64,000 bases of DNA, from the NCBI RefSeq assembly GCF_009914755.1, contig NC_060930.1. One strand, 5' to 3'. Shown here one piece after another: positions 42,907-56,665 of the stretch. The translations under genes and the position numbers were made by a program. Position 1 is the stretch's first letter, and each line of letters starts with the position of its first letter. The stretch comes from the human T2T-CHM13v2.0 reference genome, Homo sapiens. Under the pieces are notes generated by a model that searched no databases, was not told where the DNA came from, and saw nothing but the letters and a program-made list of their open reading frames with translations.

Positions 42907-43111
42907 TGGGCTTATGCAATCCTCCCACCTCAGCTTCCTGAATAGCTGGGACTACAGGCATGCACCACCACGCCCAGCTAATTGTTGTATTCTTTTGTAG
43001 AGATGCAGTTTCACCATGTTGTCCAGGCTGGTCCCAAACTCCTGGGTTCAGGTAATCCACCTGCCTTGGCCTCCCAGTGTGTTGGGATTACAGGCATGAG
43101 CCACGCCTGGC
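42907..43111 (-). mobile_element. AluJ missing its 3' part and tail
   Basis: Begins mid right arm (CTGGGCTTATGCAATCCTCCC). Confidence 0.88.
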
Positions 43112-43477
43112 CCTAGCAAAATTTCTTATATATACATTGTTGGTAAGAGTGTAAATTATTATAACCACCTTTGAAAGCAGTTTGGCATTAAGTTGGACAA
43201 TTGAGTATTCACATACTATATAATCCAAGTAATTCTTCTTATAAATATACTTTTGTACATGTACAAGAATATACATAGATGCTCTATTTGTACTAGCAAA
43301 ATCCTCGAAACAAGCCAAATGCCCATTGACAGGAGAATGAACGAAGTGAGGTATATGTACACAGTGGAATACTATATAGTAATAAAAGTGAATGAACTAC
43401 ATGCAACAATATGAAAGAGCCTGAACAATTTATTATTCAGCGAAAAAATAGGTAGAATATTAATTACAGAGCGTACC

Positions 43478-43778
<301 letters not shown>

Positions 43779-44078
43779 AAGTGTATCCTTTTTACAAAAT
43801 TAAAAAGTAAAGCTAAACAATATATTTTGGGAATGAATATATGTGATAAAACTAGAGATATGTAAAAACAAAAGAATAATAAACAATATAGTGGTTATTT
43901 TGGGTGGGAGAAGGCTGAAAGATGGGAAGAACGACAAGCATATGGGTAAAACGTATCAAGTTAATGTCAATATCTTAGTTTCTTCGTTGGGTGGCAGGTT
44001 CATAGTTGTTGGAGATGTTTAAGAAGAGTTCCCATCTGCAAGGAGTGTGGTTGGTGCTAGTTAGTGATTAGCCCCCAA

Positions 44079-44240
44079 CTTTTTTTTTTTTTTTTTTTTT
44101 TGAGGAAAGGTCTCACTCTGTCGCCCAGGCTGGAGTGCAGTGGTGTGATCACAGCTCACTGCAGCCTCAACCTCCCAAGGCTCAGGTGATACTCCTGCTC
44201 CAGCCCCCAGAGTAGCTGGGACAAAAGGTGCATGCTGCCA
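44079..44240 (-). mobile_element. Alu right-arm fragment (AluJ/FRAM)
   Basis: Poly(T) plus right monomer only. Confidence 0.85.
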
Positions 44241-45619
44241 GTGATTTCCTTTTACAACCCCTACAACAAACTGCTTACTCAACTTTGTTAATAGCTACTC
44301 CCTTCCCCCACATGCAGACTCCAGGACCTCAAAGACAACTTGGTTGTTCCTCTCTTACAGCACATTGCCAGCCATTCTTCAAATTAGTCTCTTGTCCTAC
44401 AACATATGACCTGTTCAAATGGGATTTTAGCTGTCTTTCAGATGGAGACACTTGACTGTGTTTCGCTTATTCCCAGTGACCTCGCAAAAGCAATGGAAAG
44501 ATCCTGTAGAGGTTCTTATTATGGGAGAGTGTGCTCTGCTGGCAAGAGTTTAATTCTAGGTAGAAGACCCACCTGGGTTGTGATTAGAAGTCCTTGGGCC
44601 ATCAGAATGTCTTGCAAATGAAATAGGTGCTTTGGGAGGTGGAGAGTTCTCCAACACTGGAGGTATTCAAACAGAATCAAGGGGAGCATTTGGACTAGCT
44701 GTCCTCTAAGGCCGCTTCTAACTCAGGATGTGAGTCCAGGTTTCATCCTCTTCCAGAGGGCAATCAGAGCACAGCCCTCTGTAGTAGATTGAGTGGCATT
44801 TTTAATTCTATGCATTATCCCCCACCAGCAATTTTGTCACAAGTTAATAGCCTGTCCTATTAACTTAGATTGTAACACTAATTAGGTACCTGGCATACGG
44901 GTATTTATGAGCCTTGAAAATAAGGGCCAAAACAAGGCCAAACACATTTTTATGAGCTGTTCTCCTTCCCTACAATGAATTCCCATATTCACAGAGATAA
45001 TGATGAAATAAGAAATGTGCTTGGTATCCTTCATGTATGTGTATATTTCTTAAGATCACAAGTACCTTTAACTGATCTTGACAGCCAGAGAACAATTCAT
45101 TCAGGCAACTTTTTTCCTTATAGGTTTTATTTGGTATCTTGTTCAGATTCCAGGCTTCTCTGGGTGACCTCGTGATTTGATTGTCTGATCAGGGAACATT
45201 ACTCATTAAAAATAAATGTACAAAGAGGTTTGGAGATTGAAGTTTCATGTTTTATTTGTTGAAAAGAAAGAGGTCATGTCAACTAATCAAATTCAACATA
45301 CATAAATGCAATTCCCAAGCCTCTGAATGCAGGGTATAAAGAAGGGATTACAAAACCAACTCGTTAACAAGTACTGAGGGAGGTTTCTTAAATGTCTGGG
45401 TTCTACTAAATACAGACCGACCGCCCAAGTGGTCCCACTCTGCTTTTCTGTCCATTTAGGTTCTGTCGGATGCCTGATTTTAGGATATTTTACTCTAGGA
45501 GCTAAGATGGTTTAATTTCATTTAAACATTCCATTTGTACAGCAAAAATGGGAAATGACTCTTCCTAGCTCAAATCATGACTTTCCATTATCCCCTTTAG
45601 TGTCTTTTTCTTCTTTAAC

Positions 45620-45890
45620 ATGGTATTAAGGATGGGAGAAAAAGCATGGGGTTTTGAATTAAAAACTAAAAAGAAATTGGGTTTCAGATTAGCTCTGTTA
45701 CTAGTTTTGTTACTTTGATGAGGAATTTTACAGTTTTGAGGTTTATTCATTTTTAAAATTGGATAGATAACTATATCCACTCTCACAACAACCCTGTAAG
45801 ATGGATATATAACTGTATAACTATAACCATATGACTAAATCCATCTCATAGGGTTGTTGTGAGAATTAAATAAAACTGTCATGTGTTTAG
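45620..45890 (+). mobile_element. MIR with internal fold-back duplication
   Basis: GAAAAAGCATGGGGTTTTGAA...CTCATAGGGTTGTTGTGAGAATTAAATAA. Confidence 0.8.
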
Positions 45891-47979
45891 AATTTTCTTT
45901 GTTCTGGAAGGGATTTAAGGCAGCTTTATAGATAAGGCTCTAGTAAACACACAACTTTATAACACACACGTATGTCACACACAGACTCATATGACATATA
46001 TACACACTATACACCAATGTAGCATAAATTTAAAATATACATAAAAGATGAAAGGAAAACAAAAGTGGGAACATATAGTGAAGTCAGAAGTGAGAATAAA
46101 AATATGAATGAGATACAAATTTGATTGTAATATTTACAGCAAATAGCAAAAACTAAAAATAAAAAAAGGAAGCCTAGTCTATAGAACATTTCACAGTATC
46201 CATAATGTAAAAGGAACCAGTCGTCCCGGAGAACTAGTAAATGTCATTGTTTCCAGAAGACAGTATATGAGGCAATGGACAAAGTCTTTGACAATGATCT
46301 TACAGTAAATGCAATGATGCACTTCATAAGGCTGTTTATTATATGGATTTTTTATGACATTACCCAAAAGTAAAATATGACCAAAAAATACTAGAACATG
46401 TAGAAGTTGCTTAGAATATGTTTCTAGGTATATTGCATCCTGGTGACTTGGCTTGCCTGTCTAGGAGGATACATGGACCATGTATGCTTCAAGCAATTCT
46501 CCATGTACTAAGAAAGAGATGAACCTATAAGCAACAAGATGCTATAGAACAATGGATAGTCACTCTCCCAGTACCTCTAGCCCAAGAAATGTTACTTGTG
46601 TCTCTGTTTGTGGAACTGTCATGATTACAAAGCAACTTGATAGACTTAACCTTGATAAAGTTAATTCCTGAAGACTTAAAGGGTGATTCCTACTAGGAAT
46701 ATCTGCATTTCAATAAGCAACTCTTGAAGCTCCCAAACCCTGAAAGCCCTAAAGAAATGGTCTTTAATGAAAATGCTTTGTTCACAATGACAAGACAGGT
46801 ACAGAGGAGGTTTTCTTCCTGGGATTTTATTTTCTACATAAGTGGCCATTGATGCCCTTACTTATAAAACTATATGTCTCTAGGGTGAGATTCCAAGTCT
46901 AAATCTAATACAATTTTTTTTAATTTTCAGATTTTTAGAAGAGGCCATTTTATAAGGAAGACACTTTCATTGAATGTGTTTTCCAAGAGAACTGTTGCTA
47001 ACAGTATGTTACTTATGTGTCCTTCGTAATTCCCATGTGCTTGTCCCATGAATAGATCTCACTCTGTTCCCAAGAGCAACAAACCATTCACAACAAGACC
47101 TGATGAAAACAAGTTATTTTCAAATTGATTTTCCTTTCTGTAAAAAGCTCTTATCATCCAATTTACTAAAAAATTTCTTCTAATTAAAGGCTCATTATTT
47201 AAAAAAAAATACAGCTTCAATCTTTATGCCATTAGGTAAGAACATGCTCTGAAAATCAAGTAGCTTTCAGCAGTACAAAAGAAAATGAATTCTTTGAACT
47301 GGGAGTTGCGTTGGAAAGAGATTGCTACCTGGAAAGCTGATCAATACCTTCTGTGTTTCAATCCATAAATGTATGATAATCAGTCAGGAGTGGCAGCTGT
47401 CACACTCCCCAATGTTATGGAAAGGATTACAATAAGCAAGATAACAGAGTTACCATTTCATCTTTCAGCCTCCATGCTTACAGTGCCTTCAGCTGACGGA
47501 GGCCAGAATTACTCACCTGCCATTCTCAAAACCCTTCTTATTAAAAGAATATAGTGATCACTTAGTTACTTTAGACTGGTGGAGCCTGTGTGTTCTGCTG
47601 GAGTTCATGAATATTACAATAGCAGAAAAACAGCACAAGTTGGCTCTCTATATCCTTCCAGATAATGAAGAGTTTCTTAGGGGCTGAATAGAGTCTCTTT
47701 TAAGAAAGGATGGGTTTTTTTAACCCACGTTTTTATCCATTTTACCTGAAGAAATCACTATTTACAAAGAGAGAATGGGTATCATTGGGTGAAAGTTCGC
47801 AAAACCATTAAGCAGAAACATTCATTGATCAACCAAGTTCTTTCTAACTAATTCACTGGAGCCTTGCTGAATACAGAAAAAGTCCAGGAAACAAAGAGTG
47901 AGGCTTCAAGTGGTGGTCAAATTAATGGTCAGCTGGGAGACTGCTAGATACCCAAGTCACTCCCGTATGGGCAGACGGT

Positions 47980-48715
47980 GAATCCACAGGGGTCCCATCA
48001 GGAGAGAGAAAATACACAGTCATTTACACAGGGAAGTTTAATATAAAAAATTGCTGAGTTATGATAGGAGAGCAACCATCAGGATGTAAAGATAACCCTA
48101 AAAGATACCATAGGGCTGAGGGAGAGTATCTAAGGAGGGACAAACTTGGGAGGGCCCCCACCCACCAAGCCTGGGGTTCAGACCTTGCTGGAGAAGGGAT
48201 GGTTGCAGCCCAGTGGTAGCAGATAATTTTGCTGGGTTTCCAGTTCTAGCTCATCCATTGGTGCTGAGCAACAAGAGACAGCCCTCTGAGATACAGGCGA
48301 GTGGACAGGTGGACAGGGGCACAGAGGGAGTCAGGGCTCCATAGCGGGTGGAAGGCCTGTATCGTTTGGTGTCCACATGGGAAGGGCCATGGGAAGGTGG
48401 TCACCAGACCCAAGCAGGACTGCACTGGTCACTGAGGGACTGCAAATGTGTGGCTGGGGCAGAACACCACCAGGTATCTCTGCACCCATGCCCCATTGAC
48501 AGACTGTGGTAGGGATAAGAAAAGCAAAATGTGGCAACTAGAGCCAGGAAGAGAAGCCTCCTTCTTCCTGGAATGTCTCTGCAGTACCCTCTACTGACAA
48601 AGCTTCTATCACTTTCACTCTAAGGGAGAAATGCTTTGAGTCCAGTGGATTATGGCAGAGTAGGTATGAAGGGTGACATTGGATCTGAGAGGCAATACAT
48701 TGATAACTGGCTCAT
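47980..48715 (-). mobile_element. Old ERVL LTR (LTR50/LTR52-like)
   Basis: CAGGGAAGTTTAATATAAAAAATT...; ends TGGATCTGAGAGGCAATACATTGATAACTGGCTCA. Confidence 0.6.
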
Positions 48716-49884
48716 TTATAATGATATAAAGCATCTAAAAGTGGTGAGAAGTAGGAAGGGGGAAAGGCCTGGCAGTCCCATTACTTCCTATATCAAAGGA
48801 ATTTGGCTTTTGTACTGATGTATGAATACAGAGGTTTGTAGAACGCCGGTCTATATGGATGATGGAAAGACAGTAACGATGTTCTGCTTGGGCAAAATTG
48901 TGCAGCCAATCTATATGTTTAACCAATTGCTTACTAAACAATTAACTTTGTTACCATTAGCATAAATGAACAGGGTCTGCCATGTATGTTGTCAATGCCC
49001 CTGCCCCACCCAAAAAAGAAAAATCTACCAAGTCAGGTTGGTGGCTAGGGGTGAGTTAGAAGGAAGAATGGGTTGATGTTTCAGTTTTCAGACAGCTTAT
49101 GGAGAATTGATCAGATAGCTAACCTTTGGCAACAGTTAAAAGGGCCCCTCCACTTTGGGAGGGCTATAAGGGAGGTGGAGGGAGACATGGAGATGGCTTT
49201 GACTATCAGTGCTAAAAAGATCTGGGAATCAAAAATAGTATCTTATAAGGCCCCTCCCTGACTTTCTATTACCATGGGAATGTGACACCACTCCACATGC
49301 AGCCCATTTTAGACTCTCCCTGACGTTTCCCTTAGCCCAGTTTCATCCAGATGGTGATGCCAGAGGGGAGGGAGTGGTAGAGTTGGGGGCTCAGATCTGG
49401 GTCCTCATCTTTCTTAGGAATTGCTGGATCCCTCACACTTCTGTGTGTAGGTTCCAGCTCTACATCTTTGGAGGCACTTTCTGTTCCCCAGGAGTACTTA
49501 GAGCTACATGTTACTGTACCGTCAAGCTAGGTTCTGAACTTTAGAATGCATTTTTAAAATTAAATACGAAAAACCACCATGGGAGTCAATCATGAGATGA
49601 GCACGTGGAAAAATGCAGTTGCTTAGGCAGCAGTGTGACTGCCTTTGATTGGGAGCAGAAAAACAGCCAAATATGTTTTCCATTGATTATAATAAGGCTA
49701 CACCTAATTTGTCAGAAAATAGCGTATCTCATGAGTGTGGATCTTTTCAACTTTATAGACATTAAAATTCATACCAAATTTTTAAAGAAGGTGATAGGCC
49801 CCAATAAAAATAATGACTTAGATTGGGCCTGTAAGCCATAAAGTAATGGGGAGTTGCATAATCATTTAATATAATCAACTTAAT

Positions 49885-50042
49885 TGTATGTGTGTATGCA
49901 TACATAGATAGATAGAAATAGATATATCTAGATATCTATATAGCTACATGTGTTGATATATATACACACATACATATACATATATACATACATACTTATA
50001 TGTCATATATATGGATATATAAATCTGTATTTTTATATACAT
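49885..50042. repeat. AT-rich (TA/CA/TG) low-complexity tract
   Basis: Direct reading. Confidence 0.85.
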
Positions 50043-50190
50043 TGCATAGCTCAGATTCCCCAAATAATTTCTGACTCTTCATGTTACTAAAATTTGGTTT
50101 TACCAGAGGTTATCTTGTGCAAGAAATGGTCAAGAATTTTAACAGGAATTCATTATTCAACCATTAATAGTTGCCATTAGGATGAAGAAA

Positions 50191-50192
<2 letters not shown>

Positions 50193-50221
<29 letters not shown>

Positions 50222-50234
50222 CTGTGTGTGTGTG
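50193..50234. repeat. (TG)n microsatellite
   Basis: Direct reading. Confidence 0.95.
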
Positions 50235-50629
50235 CAACATTCTATGAAATGACTTTTGCAGTGATGTTCTGTTGAATAACAGAGTGACCTGAATGATAGC
50301 AGGACACAGTGTGAACATGAGGGTTCTTCATACATGAGTTACGTTTAGAAGATAATTCTGTTTGGAAGCCTTTTCTATTTTCAGATCTTATTAAGCCCTG
50401 TGAGGTCTCTTAGACTTACTTGTCTGGAATCAACAATGAGTAAGAACAAGAACAAGTGCTAACTCCATGAAAGGCCAAAGTATTTCTCTCCTGAGACAAG
50501 TGGCACACACGTGGGTGAGCAGTGCTGTGGAATATGAGGGCGGTCAGTGCAGAACCAGCTGGAGAAATCAGGAAGAGCTGAAGTCAGAGGAGGGCTGAGA
50601 GAGCAAGTTTGAATGGACTAGAGTTCTCT

Positions 50630-50820
50630 TACATATGCTTGAGCCTCACATCAACCCCGTGAAGAAGGGAAAAGCAAAAATTGTCATGTTCATTTCATGA
50701 ATAGAGAAAAACTCAGAAAAGTCAGAGGATTTATATGCCCAAGGTCACAGCTAATGTATAACAGAGCTGGGATTGGAAACCAAGTCTTCTAACTACAAAT
50801 GCCTTATTCTTTCCACTTCA
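50630..50820 (-). mobile_element. MIR
   Basis: TGCCCAAGGTCACAGCTA...AGAGCTGGGATTGGAAACCAAGTCTTCTAAC. Confidence 0.75.
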
Positions 50821-52423
50821 TCACACTGACTCATATCTATCTGCCAAGTTCCTTCCCACGTTTTAATTTTTTTTAAAGCCATGGAGTAAAAGCTTAGGTA
50901 TTAATGGTGAATGGGTGACGTACTTCATTTTATAAGGATAAATGTCTTCTTTGGTTGCTAAATTACAATAACAGACTCTAGACATTTTCATAAAAAGTAT
51001 TTAATAAAAACACCTAAAGAGTTTCTTGTATATCAAAGTTAAATGAAATAGATTAAGTAACAATAAGGAGAGCCTTTGATCAGGCATCATAGCCAAACAA
51101 GGCTTGGTAACATTTCTAAGGAAGTGCTAAGTAAATAAAGAGACTTTGTCTTGCTCTAGGAAGGAACACACAATGTCAAAATTTAACCAAAATTGTTCCT
51201 GGAGAATAAAGTTTCCATGTCACATTCATGTGATATATTTTGTTTGGGATCTCATGGGATGGAGAGGGGATGGAGAAATAGAAAGACATTTGTGAATTCT
51301 TTTTGGCTTGTTTCTTTGTAAAGAAACAAGAGCTAGTGGCTTTAGGAATGGTGGTAGGAAATAGAGTCCTGGGTATAAATGAAAGATGCTGGGTTAGATC
51401 CTAACTGGAAACGATTCACCACATTGCTAGCCAGCAGTTATTCAGCAATCTGGATAAAGTGATTTGATGTCTGTTGTCATACTGGGTGAGCAGAAAACTC
51501 AAAGGCCTGGTCCTATTAACCAACAGCCAACAACCATTCAGAACAAGGTACATTTTCTTAACTGCTTCCTATACATCAGGCTGTGCCAATCTCTTTACAT
51601 GGCAGGGACCCACTTAAGACTCCAGAACAACCCTACAAGGGAGTAAGGTTATTTTCTCCATTCCACAGAGGAGCCAACTGAGGCTTAAAACTGGCCTATA
51701 ATTTTATTTTTTAGTTGATTCAGTTTTTTTCTTACATATAATCTTAATGAGTCTTTGAGGATGTGAAAAAAGGTTTGTTCTCTACCTGAAAAGCTAATTT
51801 TAAAATACAAACTAATTTGATGAATTTCCTACCACAGGGTATAAGAATAATTATTGAATCTTAGGAAAGCAGTGAATTCTTCTCTAGAACTCATTTTTAA
51901 ATAGAGCTAAGATTTTGGGCCAGGGTAAGAATAGTCATGGGATTGGATCACCGGCTCCTTCATGTCCCTTCAAAGACCTGTTTTTCCATGATTCTATAAT
52001 TTACATTCAGATTAAAATGCAGAGTTGAAAGGTGCTTCTATTTTGTGTTAGTAAACCAACTGAGCTCTTTTCTTGATGACCTCCTATAGGATAAGATTTT
52101 GAGAATTGAGGCTGGTTTTGAGGAGAGGTTGGGATGTAGATGTAGAGTGTTGGATGAGAGCAGCTAGGGAATCCAAGGACAGTGTGCAATAGCATGACCA
52201 GCACAGGCAGCCAGAGAGAAGCCAGCAATCTACTACTGAGGTCAGGCAAGACCAAACCAACAGGTTCAACATGGCAAATGGGAGGCAGATCCCAGAGTTG
52301 TTTGAAGCATCAAAAGAGAGGGAATAAACCATTTTTGGGGTTCCTGTACTTTCACCGGAGGCCAAAGAAGGAGCAGTTGTGGAGCTCAGGTAGCCGAACA
52401 CATGGTTTTGAACGTGAGCTCCT

Positions 52424-52728
<305 letters not shown>

Positions 52729-54104
52729 TTATTAAAATCATGCCCAACTAATGTAAAATCCTATTGCTTTTTAGTTTTTGAATGTTCTCATAGTCCTCCT
52801 AAAATAGTAGTTTTTTGGTTAAAAGAAAAAAGTTGAAGTGATTTAAACTTGCTTTGACCTGGCTTCAGAGAGTTTCAGTAGACCTTACTAGATATCTCGA
52901 GACCATTTATACAGTAACCTTAAAGCAATAGTTTTCAGTTTTTTGCTGTTGATGGCTGTAAGCCAAATTTTATTAAGAATATCAACATTCAAAACAATTT
53001 TGCTGCTCTGTATGAGGAAAGTTGCAGGATTAAGCATAGTGTCTGCTCTTACCACCCCCAACACCCTCTGAGGCTCCAGGGGCACCTCCTAGGAACCCTT
53101 AGAACTCTGGGGAGAATATTTTGGAAACTATTTCCTTGAAGAAAGAAAATCTATCCTGTTGGTAACCTCTGGAAAAATGATTGGAAAATTGTCTGTTACC
53201 TTGCCCTTAGAAATTATAGAAAATTGTTTCACATTTCATATGCCCAAAGGTATAATACATGCATAATTATGGATGAACTGTCTTTGCATAAATTTTAAAC
53301 TATTAAAGCAATTAATGATTAATGACTAGATTAGGGAAGATGCTCAGGCTCTATTAGAATCTCAAGTCCACCAGCCCCTCCTGAAAACAGTAGATTAAAG
53401 GGACATTCAGGGAGTATCTTGTTGAGGGTAGAGGACAGTAAGAAAGAAGGATTTCTGGCCTCAGTGATTTTATCATAAGTTCAGGTATGTGATGTTAACT
53501 GAGCCAAGTTAAAATAAAAACAGGAGACATTCAAAAATGTTTACATGTAATATTAGGATGAAAAGAGTATCTTAGAAATGGCTGTTCTGCGTACTAACTG
53601 CCTCTGAAACTAAATTTGCCTGGGCCCTGTATACAATTGTGGAATTGTAATTGGTAACTTTTTCATAATCTGTATGTATACACATAGGGTGTATCAAAAT
53701 ACAAGCCTATCCATTAAAATAAAAATCAACATATTACAAAGTGTCTACGTATTTTTGAGACACATAATCCACAGGTTGACCATAAACACAAATGTTTCTG
53801 TACTCCTTGTATCATAGCCAAATTGTGGGTATTTTGAGAACATTTAGGACAACTCTCTTTTATTTAACTTGAAAATGGTTGGTCGTTCACTTCAGAATTT
53901 GCCATCTTTTCTATCTTGTTATGTCAGCCACATCAATACTATTGGCAACGCTTTTAAATCCATCAGTGTGATACCAGATGTGAGTTTTCCTATTTTAAAT
54001 TTCTGCTTTCTTTCTCATATTATAATGAATATGGCAATATGGTTATATGCAGTATTACTGCCAGTCAAGGGTCTTATTATATACTATTATTACATATAGC
54101 AATA

Positions 54105-54258
54105 TTTTATTGATTTATTTATTTTAATTTCAATAGTTTTTGGGAAACAGGTGGTTTTGATTACCTGGATAAGTTCTTTAGTGGTAATTTGTGAGATTTT
54201 GGTGCACATGTCACCTGAGCAGTGTACACTGTACCCATATGCAGTCTTTTATTCCTCA
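54105..54258 (-). mobile_element. Severely 5'-truncated L1PB 3' end with TSD
   Basis: ATAAGTTCTTTAGTGGTAATTTGTGAGATTTTGGTGCAC; TSD AGCAATATTTTA on both sides. Confidence 0.85.
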
Positions 54259-54349
54259 GACACACAGCAATATTTTAAAATCTCTAATGCTATCATCATC
54301 ATGATCACAAAAAAAGATTTCTCAAATGTACTTTAAAAGGCCGCTCTCT

Positions 54350-54490
54350 GAATAATTTATAAACTCTCTGAGCTTCAGTTTCTTCATAGCTATAAAATGG
54401 GGGCTAATAATATCTACCTTCTATAGTTATGATGAGGATCAAATGAAATAAGGTATGTAAAAATGTAGTAAACTCAAAGTACTATAAACA
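54350..54490 (+). mobile_element. MIR
   Basis: CTCTGAGCTTCAGTTTCTTCAT..TAAAATGGGG. Confidence 0.75.
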
Positions 54491-55527
54491 TCAATGGTGG
54501 AGATATAAAAACAGAAGCACAGGAGATAGCTCAGATGGTAGCCACATGAAAAATACCCCTTTGATTTTCTTGCTGTCCTGGAGTCGTCCTTTATGGTTCA
54601 TGTTTCTATTCTCTAATGGACATACATGTGTGTGGGATAACTGTGGTTTCCATTTTTTGAATGCAGCTCCATGTCTTCTACATGCTCAGATGAGTAGCTT
54701 GGGGAAACACTGCAAATGCATGAAAACTAAAATACAGTTCTACACAAAGCATCCAAAGGTCTACAAGCTTTGTGAAATCAGCATGTTTGGTTCTGACACA
54801 AATAGAACCAGCCACAATCTAATTTGTTTTAACTCTTCCCCAAGGAAACACAAGTCATCCCATGAGATTTTTATAAATTGTCTGTTGGCCTTGCTGTCTC
54901 TTTCTCTCCTTTCATCTGGCAAAAATAATGTCTTGGTTCACAAAGCAAAACTCGGTTATTGATTTAATGCCAATAATTCTGGCTTCTTATGTTCAAGGTG
55001 TTTTCAAGTGATCATGGTAGAATATGCGGGGCTCTTCCTGGGAGGGTACAAAATGGCATGGAGCAGAAAATAGCATGAGCCCAATGTAATATTCCAGATA
55101 AATAGAATTTCCAGGCTTTTAAGTATCCTTTAAATTTGTTGAGGGTGACCATGAAGACTGTTATGTAGGGTGACCACAGAAATTTTCAAAAGGAATAAAT
55201 GGCTAGTTTGATACTTCCATCTGATATCGTCATCTCTGAGCCTATGTTCCTGCCAGGAGAGCTTTCTCCTGCCCTCTCTACCTGACCAACTCCTACTCAT
55301 ACTTTAAGACCCAATTCCAGTTTCACCTGCTAGAACCACATGAACCTAGCATGATCTCTTGCTCCTTAGAATGCCTATCATACCCATGGATATGTACCCA
55401 GGGCATTCTCAATCATGGGCTACCTTTAATTGGCATTTTACATTTCATGTGCACATGTCTTAGCTGCTCAGTGAGGCCACAAGCTTCTTGAAGGCTAGAA
55501 TAGACCATAGTATCCAAGGTTCTATAT

Positions 55528-55918
55528 ATAGTTGGTCCTCTGTGTCCACAGATTCCACATCTGTGGATTCAACCAACCACAGATCAAAAATATTCTTAAA
55601 AAAAAGAATTGAATGGTTGCACCTGTACCTCACAGACTGTTTTTCTTGTCATTATTCTCTAAACAATGCAGTATAACAATTATTTACATAACATTTACTT
55701 TGTATTACATATTATAAGTAATCCACAGATAATTTAAATTATATGGGGGATGTGCCTAGGCTATATGCAAATATAACGCCATTTTATATAAGGGACTTTA
55801 TATAAGTGACTAGGTTATAGGCAAATATTACACCATTTTATATAAGGGACTTGAGCATCCTCAAATTTGGTATCTGCAGGGGTCCTGGAAGCAATCTCCC
55901 ACAGATTCTGAAGAACTA
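55528..55918 (-). mobile_element. MER2 (Tigger-family MITE) with internal duplication
   Basis: GTGGATTCAACCAACCACAGATCAAAAATATT...CCATTTTATATAAGGGACTTGAGCATCC...GGGGTCCTGGAAGCAATC. Confidence 0.85.
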
Positions 55919-56371
55919 TATCTGCTATGTGTACAATAAATAGCTTTTAAATTAAAATGGATTGATTTGACAGAAAAATTCAAAGGTTTGGATAACATTT
56001 TCCAAGCAGCTGAACATAAAATTTCAATAAAAATTCTGCCATTTGGAATGTCAGAATATGATCTAAAAGCTTGACTTGACTGTTAGAATACAGGGCCTCC
56101 AAGGAGGATGAAAGCTGCTTTTGAATAACAGAAGGTCAAAGAAGTAGTTGGTTAATTTTCTTTGGTTTTGGAAAAGGAATTGAAAAACCAGCCTGTTTTG
56201 CCTACATATTGAAGGACTGTGGTTCTAACTTCCATGTGCAATATCAAATCCTACCCTTGATTTGGGCATAAGTTGGATTGAGAAACCTCCAAGGCAAACT
56301 TTTAAAAATTACTCCCACTCTGGTTCACAATGTCAGAAGAATTAGGAGGCTACACATGAAGCCCCAGATTA

Positions 56372-56665
56372 ATTTTGTTTTTGAGACAGAGTCTCATTCT
56401 GTTGCCCAGGCTCGAGTGCAGTGGTGCAATCACAGCTCACTGTAGTCTCGACCTCCTGGGCTTATGTAATCCTCCCATTGCAGCCTCCCAAGTACCAGGG
56501 ACTATAGGCACGCACCACCATGCCCAGCTAATTTTTAAATTTTTTGTAGAGCCTAGGTTTCACCATGTTGCCCAGGCTGTTCTCAAACTGCTGGGCTCCA
56601 GTAATCTTCCCGCTTCAGCCTCCAAAAGTGCTGGGATTACAAGGCATGAACCACTACGCCTGGCC
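56372..56665 (-). mobile_element. AluJ
   Basis: Diverged full dimer. Confidence 0.93.
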
